From a virus, in the IMG/VR virus record IMGVR_UViG_3300049171_000092, positions 1-64,000 of that record: a DNA stretch of 64,000 bases; one strand, given 5' to 3'. The position numbers and the translations under genes are program-made. Below are positions 34,218 through 43,419 of the stretch, piece by piece; position 1 is the first letter of the stretch, and each line of letters starts with the position of its first letter. The notes beneath the pieces were generated by a model. The model saw only the letters and a list, made by a program, of their open reading frames with translations, was not told the origin of the DNA and did no database searches.

Positions 34218-35324
34218 GTGCCCGAAGATACGGCACCACGCGCGGGTAGACCCCGCTCGAAGCGTTCCATCCGCGCCGAGGCAGCGTTCCACGCCCGCCT
34301 CGACGATCTAGGCGCGACGCTCCTGGAACCCGTTTGGTTGGGGGCCCTCAAGCCGCACCGCGTGTTGTGTGCCGAGGGACACGAGTGCGCCCCCTGGCCC
34401 TCTTCCGTCGTCCGTGGTCAAGGGATCTGCCCAACCTGCGCCCACACGAAGCGGAACGCGGACCGATCCCGCCGTGTTGAGGCCGCGTTCCGTGCTCGCC
34501 TTGAAGAGCTCGGCGCCACCCTGCTTGAGCCCTCTTGGCTCGGTACGGAGACGCCGCACCGCGTCCTGTGCGCCGCGGGCCATAAGTGTGCGCCCTGGCC
34601 ACAGAGCGTGCTGAGAGGGCAGGGCATCTGCTTGACGTGCGTCGGCCACGACCCGAAGGCTGCCGAGGCCAAGTTTCGCGCCCGTCTCGCCGAGGTCGGC
34701 GCCGAACTGCTCGAAGTGGCGTGGCTCGGGGTCAACACGCCCCACCGCATCCGGTGCAACAGCGGACACGAGACGTCCCCGCGACCGGGTCACGTGGCGA
34801 AAGGGCGCGCGATCTGTTGGACGTGTTCCGGCCGGAATCCGGAAGTACCCGAGACAGCGTTCCGCGCTCGTCTCGCCGAAGTCGGCGCAGCTCTGCTAGA
34901 GGAGCGCTGGTTGGGCTCACTGAAACCGCATCGCATCCGATGCGTGGAAGGCCACGATGTCACGACGAGGCCCTCCCACGTTCTCCAGGGACGCGGCGTG
35001 TGCCGCGTCTGCGCGGGCAAGACGTGGGATGCCCTGTACGTCGTCCATGACGCCCTCAACGGGATCGTGAAGCCGGGCATTACGTCTGGCGACCCCCGCC
35101 CGCGTCTTGCCGACCACGAGCGCGACGGGTTCGACGAGGTGATTCGTGTTCACGCCAATCTGCCCGATGGCGTCGCGCTGGAGCTTGAGAGCACGGTCCT
35201 TGCCGCCCTTGAAGACGCAAAGATTCCGCCCATACGCGGGCGCGAGTACTTCCCAGAAGGAGCGCTTCCCGTGATCCTCGACCTCGTCGACAACCACCCG
35301 GCCATACGAGCCGCTGCCGACTGA
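34218..35324 (+). CDS. Free-standing homing-endonuclease-like protein: 4 tandem zinc-ribbon repeats plus a T5orf172/GIY-YIG-like C-terminal domain
   Basis: Four repeats of about 57 aa: AF.ARL.E.GA.LLE..WLG...PHR..C..GH......P..V..G.G.C..C. C-terminus LYVVHDALNGIVKPGITSGDPRPRLADHERDGF...GREYF. GTG start with a GAAGGAG SD. Antisense to the tail operon. Confidence 0.7.
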   Translation: MPEDTAPRAGRPRSKRSIRAEAAFHARLDDLGATLLEPVWLGALKPHRVLCAEGHECAPWPSSVVRGQGICPTCAHTKRNADRSRRVEAAFRARLEELGATLLEPSWLGTETPHRVLCAAGHKCAPWPQSVLRGQGICLTCVGHDPKAAEAKFRARLAEVGAELLEVAWLGVNTPHRIRCNSGHETSPRPGHVAKGRAICWTCSGRNPEVPETAFRARLAEVGAALLEERWLGSLKPHRIRCVEGHDVTTRPSHVLQGRGVCRVCAGKTWDALYVVHDALNGIVKPGITSGDPRPRLADHERDGFDEVIRVHANLPDGVALELESTVLAALEDAKIPPIRGREYFPEGALPVILDLVDNHPAIRAAAD

Positions 35325-35330
35325 CACGAT

Positions 35331-35367
35331 GCGCAGGCCCTCGCTCCCCAGTGACAGGGGCCCGCGC
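35331..35367. terminator. Hairpin between convergent genes
   Basis: GCGCAGGCCC ... GGGCCCGCGC (one mismatch). Confidence 0.4.
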
Positions 35368-35369
35368 GG

Positions 35370-38300
35370 TCACATGGTGTACGTCAACGCCATGCGGTGC
35401 ATGACGCGCGCCGCGGTCGCCTCCCCGTCGCCCACCTCGGAGATGTTGAAGACGGGGGCGATGGTGACCGCGGAGTCGCTGCTGGAGGCGGCGCCGTCAC
35501 CACCGAGCATCTCCGTCAGCCCGGACTGCGCGGCGAGCTGCTTCGCCCGCTTCGGCTTCGTCAGCGGGATGATGACCTCAGGACCAGCCTCGCCCACCAG
35601 GGCGTGCGTCGGCCCGAGGACTATGCCGCCTTCCGCAAAGGGCAAGTATTTCCGGACAGCACTAGGCAAACCGGATTTTATGGATGCCATTATTCGGCTT
35701 CCGATATTGCCGAGCGCGCCGACGATCCTGCCCGGCAGACCGGTGAACAGGGACACGATGCCGGAGATCAGCGACGACACCGCCGACCGGGCGCGGCCGG
35801 CGGCGCTGGAGAACACGCCCGCGATCCGGCCTCCCAGCCCGGACAGCGCGGAGGCGATCCGACCGGGCAGCGCCGAGAAGAACGACGCGACCGACGACCC
35901 GAACGACCGTGCCTGCGCCAGCGCGCTGGTGCCGGCCGACCGGAACATCGCCGACAGCCGGCCCGGCAGGGAGGCGACCGCGGACGCCACCCGGCCGGGC
36001 AGCTGGGAGAAAAACGTTGCCGCAGACGACAGGAACGACGAGATCGCCGCGCGCGCCGAGTTGAACGCCGACGTGAACACCGCCAGCAGCCGTGACCCGA
36101 GCGAGGACAGGGCCGCGACGATCCGGCCGGGCAGTTCGGTGAAGACGAACACGATGCCGGCGATCGCCGTCAGGATGGCGATCGCGACACCCGAGACGGC
36201 CATGACGAACAAGTTGACGAGCAGGCCGGGCAGCGCGGCGAGCGCCGACATGATCATCCCTGGCAGGGAGACGAAGAAGTTCACGACGGCCTGGAAGCCC
36301 GTGGTGATCCAGATGACGAGGTTCGCTGCCAGAGTGGTGAAGAACCCGCCGATCGCCGAGCCGAGCGCGGACAACCCGGCAGTGATCATCGACGGCAGGT
36401 TCGTGATGAACGTGACGACCGACGTGATTCCCGTGATCAGGCCGGTCAGCGCGCCGACGACGCTCTGAATGATCGGGACGACGAGGTTGATCGCCGCCCA
36501 CGACGCGAACGCCGCGGCGACCTGGAGGACGGGCGCGAGCAGCTGGATCATCTGAACGACGAGCGGCGCGAGCGCGGCGACCAGACCGGCGATCGACGGC
36601 AGAAGCGGGATGAGCGCCTGCAAGATCGCGTTGATCGCCTGGACGACCGGCGGCAGCACTGGCAGGAGCGCGCTCGCGAAGGCCGTGTAGACGGGAACGA
36701 GCGCGGTCGCGACCTGGAGCAGGGCGCCCGCCAGGGTCGACAGGATCGGGGCGAGGCCGGCGAGGAGCTGCGCGACCGCCTGTCCGACGCCGGCTGCGAG
36801 CGGGGCCATCGCCCCGGCGAGTTGTGCGAACGCTTGCGCGATGGGCGGGAGGATCGGCAGCAGCGCCGCCGACAAGGCGGAGATGATCGGCGTGAACAGC
36901 GTTGCGAGGTTCTGCAGGACCGGCGCGAGCATCGTCGCCAAGGTCGCGACGAGTTGACCGGCGAGCGGCAGCAGTGGGGCCAGGGCGGAAACGATCTGCC
37001 CGACTGCGGCACCGACGGGGCCGAGACTGGGGCCGATGATCGCGAGCCCCTCGGCGAGGGCCGAGCCGATGGTCGCCAGGCTCGGGGCGATTGCGGCGAG
37101 CGCAGGCCCGAGCGAGCTGATCAGAGAGACGATCGCCGGGCCGAGTGCGGTGAACAGCGGCGCGAGGGCGGGGGCGATCGCGCCGACCTGCTGCACCAGC
37201 GCGGCGAAGATCGGCCCCAACTGGGCGGCGATCGTGCCCAGGGTCGAGAAGATGTTCCCGAGCGCCTCCTGGCCGGCGACGCTGTTGGCGAAGTCGGCGA
37301 GCGACTGGGTGATCCGCTGGATGTTCGCCAGGAATCCGGCCCCGGAGGCGTCGGCGGCGGCGAAAACGCCCGAAACGATTTCGCCGAGGTTGCCGAGGAT
37401 GTCTCCGAGTTGGGCGAAGACGTTCAGCGCGTTGTCGACCCAGGCGACGGCCTGTCCGCTGCTCGCCGCGCGCTGGAGGAACTCGCCGAGCCGCTGCCCC
37501 GCGTTCGATATGCCGCCGGCCAGCTCGGCGCCGAACGCGTCACTGATGGACGCCGCGAGCTGGAGGACGCCCGCGGTGAGCTTGTTCGTCGTCTGCGACA
37601 GGCCCTCGACCCCAAGGCCGGTCGCGTCAAGGATCGAGCGGACGTTCGCGACGCCCTCAGCGCCCTTGATGTACCCGAGCGCGCTGTTCAGGGCGTTACC
37701 CCACGCCGTGGAGATCCGGGTCAGCCCGGACATGAGGGGGCCGTCGAGCGCGTTCGCGACGGCGGTGATCTGCCCCTCGAATTGCGCGAAGAAGGCGTCC
37801 TGCACCGCTGTGCGCAGCTCGTCGAAAGCGGGCTTAAGGGCGCGAACTTCCTGAGCGGCGGCACGCGCGGCCGGCGAGAGGTTCTCGAGGCTCTCGGTAA
37901 ACTCCTCCGAGGTGCCCGTCAGCGCGGCCGAGAAGGCGTCGCTGACGCCCATGAGGGCGAGCTTCAGTGTGCCGATCGCCGTCTGTACGCCGATCAGTAG
38001 CGCCGGATAGGCAGCCAGGATGCCGGCCGCTGGCGCGAGCGCTGCGACAAGCAGCCCGACCCCTTGCGCGGCGCCGGCCGCGGCGATTCCGATCGCGCCG
38101 AAGCGCAGCAGCGAGCCGAGCATGGAGCCGACGCGGCCCGCGATGCCGCCGAGACCAGCGAGTGCCTGCGACAGCCGACCTGTGTCGGCGTCGGCGTTGA
38201 CCGTGACGTCCGGCGGCGAATGGCCGCGGACCCGCGCGTCGAAGTCGTCGAAGTCCGGGACGACGCGGATGCTGACCTCTTCGCCGGCGAGCGCGGCGCG

Positions 38301-38612
38301 CAGCCGCGTCATGAACTCGTCGAGATCCGGCGCGACGGGGATGTTCAGCGAGCCGATCCCGCTCAGCCCGTCGAGGAGCTGCGCGTCGAAACGCGAAAGG
38401 TCCGGGTCGACACGAATACTCACCGACGCCGCAGTGAGTCCTCGCTGGATGTTGCGGCGGATCTGATTGCCGACGTCACGGGTCGCGCGGACAAGCGCCC
38501 GCTGGATCCGAAGACCGAGATCGCGTGACTCCTGAACGACCCCGCTGTCATCGAGCGTGATCGTGATGCGGGCGGATCCGTAGTCCTCGCTGTCGCCGGC
38601 CGGAGTGGTCAC
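35370..38612 (-). CDS. Tape measure protein
   Basis: 1080 aa. Long Ala/Gly/Leu-rich helical and TM-like repeats. Follows the chaperone pair. GTG start. Confidence 0.88.
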   Translation of the reverse strand: MTTPAGDSEDYGSARITITLDDSGVVQESRDLGLRIQRALVRATRDVGNQIRRNIQRGLTAASVSIRVDPDLSRFDAQLLDGLSGIGSLNIPVAPDLDEFMTRLRAALAGEEVSIRVVPDFDDFDARVRGHSPPDVTVNADADTGRLSQALAGLGGIAGRVGSMLGSLLRFGAIGIAAAGAAQGVGLLVAALAPAAGILAAYPALLIGVQTAIGTLKLALMGVSDAFSAALTGTSEEFTESLENLSPAARAAAQEVRALKPAFDELRTAVQDAFFAQFEGQITAVANALDGPLMSGLTRISTAWGNALNSALGYIKGAEGVANVRSILDATGLGVEGLSQTTNKLTAGVLQLAASISDAFGAELAGGISNAGQRLGEFLQRAASSGQAVAWVDNALNVFAQLGDILGNLGEIVSGVFAAADASGAGFLANIQRITQSLADFANSVAGQEALGNIFSTLGTIAAQLGPIFAALVQQVGAIAPALAPLFTALGPAIVSLISSLGPALAAIAPSLATIGSALAEGLAIIGPSLGPVGAAVGQIVSALAPLLPLAGQLVATLATMLAPVLQNLATLFTPIISALSAALLPILPPIAQAFAQLAGAMAPLAAGVGQAVAQLLAGLAPILSTLAGALLQVATALVPVYTAFASALLPVLPPVVQAINAILQALIPLLPSIAGLVAALAPLVVQMIQLLAPVLQVAAAFASWAAINLVVPIIQSVVGALTGLITGITSVVTFITNLPSMITAGLSALGSAIGGFFTTLAANLVIWITTGFQAVVNFFVSLPGMIMSALAALPGLLVNLFVMAVSGVAIAILTAIAGIVFVFTELPGRIVAALSSLGSRLLAVFTSAFNSARAAISSFLSSAATFFSQLPGRVASAVASLPGRLSAMFRSAGTSALAQARSFGSSVASFFSALPGRIASALSGLGGRIAGVFSSAAGRARSAVSSLISGIVSLFTGLPGRIVGALGNIGSRIMASIKSGLPSAVRKYLPFAEGGIVLGPTHALVGEAGPEVIIPLTKPKRAKQLAAQSGLTEMLGGDGAASSSDSAVTIAPVFNISEVGDGEATAARVMHRMALTYTM

Positions 38613-38640
38613 CGGGCACCCTCACGTGATCGTGAATGGT

Positions 38641-38662
38641 GCCCGGCCCAGAACCAGACGGC
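38641..38662 (-). promoter_or_regulatory. Late-cassette motif, copy 5 (1-nt insertion)
   Basis: GCCGTCTGGTTCTGGGCCGGGC, 28 nt before the start at 38612. 9-bp stem CCGGGCACC/GGTGCCCGG spans 38612-38646. Confidence 0.55.
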
Positions 38663-38698
38663 GTCGGCAGCACGCGCGGCGCTGCCTCGAATCTCAGG

Positions 38699-39061
38699 TT
38701 AGCCGCTGCGACGGCTTGCGAGCTGTGCGTCTTCCGCCGCGACCTGCGCCATCAGTGCCCGTGCCTGGCCCGCGTCGACGCGTGCTGCGGCCGGCCGGCC
38801 GCGAGCTCCTCGAGCTCGTTCACCGCGAGGCGGCGCGTACAGCTTCGCCCGGATGCGCTGCCGCTCGGCGTCGTCTTCCGCCGCCATGTCCATCGCGGCC
38901 TCGGCAGCGGCGAGCATCGTTTTCAGCGGCCACGCGTGCGGGTCGGTCCCATTGAGGGCGAGTTGCCCGAGCCACGAGTCCCAGCTGGCTTCGATGCTTT
39001 CGCAGATCCGGAAGACGACATAGTAGGGCGCGAGCCGCCTCCGAAGAGCTCGACGACCCAC
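38699..39061 (-). CDS. -1 frame extension ORF of the tail assembly chaperone (gpT-like part)
   Basis: Open -1 frame overlaps the last ~140 nt of the chaperone gene and has no plausible own start or SD. Confidence 0.4.
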   Translation of the reverse strand: MGRRALRRRLAPYYVVFRICESIEASWDSWLGQLALNGTDPHAWPLKTMLAAAEAAMDMAAEDDAERQRIRAKLYAPPRGERARGARGRPAAARVDAGQARALMAQVAAEDAQLASRRSG

Positions 39062-39462
39062 TCGAGGAGCTCGACGACGACGCGTGTCGGCAGCCGGAAG
39101 TGGTCGACGACGCGCGCTCCGTCGTACTGCTCGGCGTACTCCTCGGCCTCGTCGAAGTCGTGGAACGACTCGAGGACGTCGCCGGCACCGTTGACGACGT
39201 CGAGGCGGGTGAAGAGGGCGGCGCTCTCGGGGAGCATCTGCCGCGCGAGGAAGAGGCGCAGCGAGCGCATGGTGCGGCGGATGTCCTTCGGGTCTGCCTC
39301 GGCGAGGTTCTCGAGGTCGACGCCCTTCGCGTGCTGGGCTTCGCGGAGTTCGGCGTAGGCGTCCATGAACTCGTCGCCCATGACCTCGGGCTCGAACTTC
39401 AGCTCTGTGCCGCCGATGTCGGCGATGTGGGGTTCGGTGTTGAGGGCGAAGGATTTACGCAC
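38923..39462 (-). CDS. Tail assembly chaperone (gpG-like)
   Basis: Position immediately upstream of the tape measure. Acidic, 179 aa. GTG 39460-39462. Confidence 0.6.
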   Translation of the reverse strand: MRKSFALNTEPHIADIGGTELKFEPEVMGDEFMDAYAELREAQHAKGVDLENLAEADPKDIRRTMRSLRLFLARQMLPESAALFTRLDVVNGAGDVLESFHDFDEAEEYAEQYDGARVVDHFRLPTRVVVELLEWVVELFGGGSRPTMSSSGSAKASKPAGTRGSGNSPSMGPTRTRGR

Positions 39463-39488
39463 AGGTCTTTCCCTGTCTCCCGTTCCTC

Positions 39489-39510
39489 GCCCGGCCCACA
39501 ACCAGTCGGC
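39489..39510 (-). promoter_or_regulatory. Late-cassette motif, copy 6 (1-nt insertion)
   Basis: GCCGACTGGTTGTGGGCCGGGC, 26 nt before the start at 39462. Confidence 0.55.
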
Positions 39511-39537
39511 GCACTACGAAGGGTACTGGCCGTGCCG

Positions 39538-39915
39538 CTATCGCCCGAGTCGCAGCGCTCTCTGCAGCCACGGATTGGCACGGGTTCCCGGGTGCCTCAC
39601 GAGCTTGGTGAACACCACGTCGCCACCTGCCTCGAACCGGAGTGCCTTCGCCCGGCGGGGGCGGATCAAGTGCGGCCTCGTACCGTCCAAGGAAAATCGA
39701 ACAGCAGGGTGGTCGCAGGTGATGACGCCTTGCAGGCCGCGCGGTCCTTCAGTGATCTTCCAGTCGATGTACTGGCCCATGCTGCCCGGCGCCTCAGCCT
39801 CCGCAATGCGAGCCACCCGCTCCGTGCGGGCACTCACCCGGCGGTGCGCAATGCTGCCGCGGGCGCGGATAAGACGCAGCAGCCGACCCGGCTCGATAGT
39901 CACTTCGACGCTCAC
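39538..39915 (-). CDS. HK97 gp10-like head-tail joining / tail-completion protein
   Basis: C-terminus ...VFTKLVRHPGTRANPWLQRAL resembles the gp10-family HPG..A.PFL ending. GTG in a GTGA overlap. Confidence 0.55.
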   Translation of the reverse strand: MSVEVTIEPGRLLRLIRARGSIAHRRVSARTERVARIAEAEAPGSMGQYIDWKITEGPRGLQGVITCDHPAVRFSLDGTRPHLIRPRRAKALRFEAGGDVVFTKLVRHPGTRANPWLQRALRLGR

Positions 39916-40496
39916 GGCGTGACTCCTTCCGTGGGGCAGGCGCAACCGGGCAGCGCCACGATGACGCGCTGTTCGACGCCGACGCAGCCCCCTTCGGGGC
40001 CGAGGATGCGCGAGCCACCGAGGACGAACTTGCGGCCCCGCCGGCTGGTGCTCGTCGCCGGGAGGCAGCACAGAAGCGCGTTCGTGATGACCGCCGAGTC
40101 GATGTGGACGGTGCGGGCTACGGCGGCCTGCTCGTCGCACGACGGCGGGCAGCCACGATCGTTGGGCAGCGGCGCGCACCGCAGCAGCGTCACCACGTAC
40201 TCGACCGCGGTGATCGGCGGCGGGGTGCAGCCCCGCAGCCCTTGCACCTCCGCGTCCTGCGCCGGAAAGTTCGACGAGGGGTACATGCGGGCCACGGACA
40301 CCGACAGCTGCCCGCCGGTCTCCCCCGTGCACGGGTCGGCGCACGAATCCCACGCCGGCTGGCCAGGCACGACACACGTTCGGCAAGGGCAGCCGGGGAA
40401 GTCGTCTACCTCGCTCGCGGTTTCGTCGAGGGCGGCGCACACGCAGCCGAGGATGGCCTGGGCAAGGTCGTGGACGGCGAGCGCCTGCAGCGCCAT
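39912..40496 (-). CDS. Cys-rich head-tail connector protein
   Basis: 194-aa track ORF. GCPCRTCVVPGQPAWDSC...GQLSVSVARMYPSSNFP pattern, as I recall it from actinophage connectors. Confidence 0.55.
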   Translation of the reverse strand: MALQALAVHDLAQAILGCVCAALDETASEVDDFPGCPCRTCVVPGQPAWDSCADPCTGETGGQLSVSVARMYPSSNFPAQDAEVQGLRGCTPPPITAVEYVVTLLRCAPLPNDRGCPPSCDEQAAVARTVHIDSAVITNALLCCLPATSTSRRGRKFVLGGSRILGPEGGCVGVEQRVIVALPGCACPTEGVTP

Positions 40497-40505
40497 GAGG
40501 GCTCC

Positions 40506-41315
40506 TTACGGCCAGACCTGGGTGCGGGACCGCCGGTGGTCTGGGCTGTAGACGCGGCTGGGGGACGTGAGGCGGTGGGGGTTGACCGTGGTGAGCCAGA
40601 GGTCGACGAGGGGTAGACCGGTGCGCATCTCGGTGTAGAGCAGCGTCGGGTCGGCGAACTCCTGGTCGACGCCCTGCCGCGACAGACGGGTGACGTTCGC
40701 GGGCAGCTTGCAGCCGCACGCACCACCTCCGTTGCAGCCTTTGAGTAGGTGGCAGACGAGTTCGCTGTAGGCGGCGATCGCGGCGTCGTCGAGAGGCAAG
40801 CCGATCCGGTAGTGCACAGCGAACGTGCCCGGTTCACCGGCGGGCGCGGCGAGGTCCTGGCAGTCGGGCCAGCAGCCGCCGTCGGTACGCACCAGCAGCC
40901 CGGGTGAGTCGACCCGGTACGCCGACGTCGGCAGCGTCACGCCGTCGACTTCAACGCCGAGGATGTCGTAGACGGGGCCTTCGAGGCGGACTTCGCACAG
41001 CTCGGTGCAGGAGCAATCCGTGGCGCAGCCGCACACGGAGGCGTTGCGCCACTGCCCGTCGCGGCCGATGTACGGGATCCACGGGGAGCCGCCAGTCCAG
41101 GAAGAAGCGAGCGGCAGGGAGTCGAGGCAGCTGCGCCGGCAGGGCCGCACCGTGTACGGGCAGGACGGGCCCCAGCGTCGGCCGGACAGGTTGAACAGGA
41201 TGGTGGTGGCGACCCGCTTCCAGCGTTCCAGGACCGCCTCGTCGGCGTCGTCGGCGGCGGGGCAGCACGACAAATCGAGTGGCCAGGGCTCACACAACGG
41301 CCGTTGCAGGGCCAC
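40506..41315 (-). CDS. Head-to-tail adaptor-like protein
   Basis: CEPWPLDLSCC...LSGRRWG..C..TVRPCRR.C N-terminal pattern. GTG start with a GAGGAG SD. Confidence 0.6.
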   Translation of the reverse strand: MALQRPLCEPWPLDLSCCPAADDADEAVLERWKRVATTILFNLSGRRWGPSCPYTVRPCRRSCLDSLPLASSWTGGSPWIPYIGRDGQWRNASVCGCATDCSCTELCEVRLEGPVYDILGVEVDGVTLPTSAYRVDSPGLLVRTDGGCWPDCQDLAAPAGEPGTFAVHYRIGLPLDDAAIAAYSELVCHLLKGCNGGGACGCKLPANVTRLSRQGVDQEFADPTLLYTEMRTGLPLVDLWLTTVNPHRLTSPSRVYSPDHRRSRTQVWP

Positions 41316-41342
41316 GACGTCTCCTCATGGGCAGATGGGGGT

Positions 41343-41386
41343 GTGCGGTGGCCGGACGGGGAACGGGGTCCGTGCGGCCACCGCAC
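41343..41386 (-). terminator. Strong hairpin after the major-tail-like gene
   Basis: GTGCGGTGGCCG / CGGCCACCGCAC, 12-bp perfect stem. Confidence 0.6.
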
Positions 41387-41413
41387 GATCAGGGGCGCCG
41401 ACAGCCGGGGCTG

Positions 41414-42100
41414 TTACGGCACCGGGACGGGTACCGCCGCGTAGTCACACGACGGCACCGGAGGCGGCGTCGTCGTTATGAACGTGCGGCGGTGGCAAGA
41501 GCTGTCGAGCGGGGTGAGCATCGGACCCGGCGTGCCCGCGGCGTCGATCGGCATGACGTCGTAGGGGCCGACGCCCCACGAGCCGCCGGCCCGGGTAGAG
41601 CCGGTGATCTGGAGCGTGACGGCCTCCGAGCCGATCTCCAGGTCCCCGAGGAGCCCGTTCGTGACCCACGGCAGCAGGAAGTAAATCCACTGCCCCTCGG
41701 CGCCCTCAGCGCACTCCTCGCCCAAGACTTCGGCCCACAGTTCCAAGGCGAAGCCGGTGTCGCAGCGCACGCTGCAGGTGTCAAAGCCGATCGGGGCGCC
41801 GTCGTAGCCGAGGACGACCGGGTTGCCGGTGAGGATTTCGATCAGCTCCGGGCTGACGGAGAACACGTTCATCTCGATGTCGAAACCGCGGAACGTGGGA
41901 CAACCCCGTTTGAATCCGCAGATTCGGCCGTTCGATGCCTTGTATTCGATGTCTTCGCCGTCGTCGGAGTTGTTGTTCATCGCCAGGCTGGCGAAGCAGT
42001 CGAAGACGAAGCCGTTGTCGGGGCCGGGGATCGGGTTCCCGCAGCGGTCCAACCTGGTGACGCGCATGACGTCAGCGTTTGCAATCAGAGGGCAGGACAA
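41414..42100 (-). CDS. Major-tail-like protein (tentative), located upstream of the connectors
   Basis: ANADVMRVTRLDRCGNP N-terminal motif, recalled from actinophage major tail proteins. Has its own motif, a strong AGGAGG SD and a terminator hairpin. TTG start. Confidence 0.5.
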   Translation of the reverse strand: MSCPLIANADVMRVTRLDRCGNPIPGPDNGFVFDCFASLAMNNNSDDGEDIEYKASNGRICGFKRGCPTFRGFDIEMNVFSVSPELIEILTGNPVVLGYDGAPIGFDTCSVRCDTGFALELWAEVLGEECAEGAEGQWIYFLLPWVTNGLLGDLEIGSEAVTLQITGSTRAGGSWGVGPYDVMPIDAAGTPGPMLTPLDSSCHRRTFITTTPPPVPSCDYAAVPVPVP

Positions 42101-42124
42101 GCCGAAACCTCCTACTAGCAGGAG

Positions 42125-42145
42125 GCCCGGCCCAAAACCAGCGGC
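42125..42145 (-). promoter_or_regulatory. Late-cassette motif, copy 7
   Basis: GCCGCTGGTTTTGGGCCGGGC, 24 nt before the start at 42100. TAAACT upstream. CCTCCT/AGGAGG stem at 42108-42125. Confidence 0.6.
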
Positions 42146-42200
42146 TCAATATGCGAGTTTAGCTGCGGCGCTGTGCTGCACGGCTGCCGCTTTCGGCTGC

Positions 42201-42500
42201 TCAGGCGGCCGGTTCCTGGGGCGGCCGGTAGCCGGAGATCTGCTGCGCTGCGGCGTCGGGGATCCCTGCGGTGAGGAGCGCTTCGTAGGCGTCTTGTTTC
42301 GCTGCGGTCTCGGCGGCGCGCCGGTCGGTGACGAGCTGCGCGTTGTTCGCTTCGAGGGTGGCGCGCTCCTGCTGGTACTCGGCTTCGGTGATCTCGACGG
42401 CGCCAGCCGGGGGCGGTACTTGCTCGTTCTCGTCGGTGACGGTCACTGTCACGGCGCGCAGGGCGCCGGTGTCGAACCGGTAGTACAGGGTTTTGTCCAC
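42201..42500 (-). CDS. Fibre-associated small protein (paralog of 28932..29300)
   Basis: 99-aa track ORF, GTG start. See the paralog alignment under 28932..29300. Confidence 0.6.
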   Translation of the reverse strand: MDKTLYYRFDTGALRAVTVTVTDENEQVPPPAGAVEITEAEYQQERATLEANNAQLVTDRRAAETAAKQDAYEALLTAGIPDAAAQQISGYRPPQEPAA

Positions 42501-42512
42501 GATGGGCCCGCC

Positions 42513-43370
42513 TTACAGGACGAAGATGAAGCAGCGCTGGGCTGTCTGGATGCGGTCGAAGGTGGCGCCGCCGCTGCCGCGGCCCATGCGCACGGAGAAC
42601 GGCAGAGAGAGGGTTCCGCCGGGCGGAATGGTGCGGTTGAAGACCTTGCAGCCCTGGGCGTGGACCTTGTTCATGGTCGTCGTGCCGGTGTTCTCGAAGT
42701 AGTACATGTCGTCGTCGCCGAGCGCGGCCATGGCGCCACCGCCCGGCGGGATGTCGAAGTCGACGTCGAGTTCCATCTCGTAGACCACGAAGGCGGGCCG
42801 GCAGGGGTCGGGGTTGGTGATGGTGAAGTCGCGGACTTCGATCTCTGCCTCGGCGGTGGTCGGTACGGGGGTCGCCGGGTAGGTGTCGTCGATGACTTGC
42901 TGCTGGAAGTCTGTTACCGGGCGGGGTTCGCTGCGGAGTTGTCCGGTGCTGTCGCAGTAGACGTTTCCGGCGTAGGTGTCGGGGGTGCAGCCGGTGTAGG
43001 GCCAGGTGCCGACGGCTGCGGCGAGGGGGGCGGTGGTGGTGCCGTCGCCGGTGAGGCCGCATGCGGTGTCGAGTTCGGCGTAGAGCCCTTCGGGTCCGGC
43101 TTGGATGAGGTTGGTGCCGCCGCCGGGCGGGGTGGCGTCGAGGCGGACGGTGGAGCTGACGACGACCGGATCGGCGGTCGTTCCGGTGCCGGTGATGGTG
43201 GTGTCGACGGTGGGGGTGTCGCCGGCCTGGATGACGGTCGGGGTACCGCTGCCGCCGCCGGGTGCGGAGATGACGTAGGGGTTGGTGGTCGAGCCGCCGC
43301 CGTCGATCTCGACGCCGGGGCCGGCGACGAGCGTGCAGGTGCAACGCTTCGCGCCGCAGCAGTCGGCCAT
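42513..43370 (-). CDS. Fibre-like protein, copy 1
   Basis: Trimmed to ATG 43368-43370. MADCCGAKRCTCTLVAGPGVEIDGGGSTTNPYVISA. Confidence 0.7.
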   Translation of the reverse strand: MADCCGAKRCTCTLVAGPGVEIDGGGSTTNPYVISAPGGGSGTPTVIQAGDTPTVDTTITGTGTTADPVVVSSTVRLDATPPGGGTNLIQAGPEGLYAELDTACGLTGDGTTTAPLAAAVGTWPYTGCTPDTYAGNVYCDSTGQLRSEPRPVTDFQQQVIDDTYPATPVPTTAEAEIEVRDFTITNPDPCRPAFVVYEMELDVDFDIPPGGGAMAALGDDDMYYFENTGTTTMNKVHAQGCKVFNRTIPPGGTLSLPFSVRMGRGSGGATFDRIQTAQRCFIFVL

Positions 43371-43398
43371 GGGAGCACTCCTCAGGAGGTGAGAGAGT

Positions 43399-43419
43399 GC
43401 CCGGCCCAAAACCAGCGGC
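43399..43419 (-). promoter_or_regulatory. Late-cassette motif, copy 8
   Basis: GCCGCTGGTTTTGGGCCGGGC, 28 nt before the start at 43370. TAAACT upstream. Confidence 0.6.
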
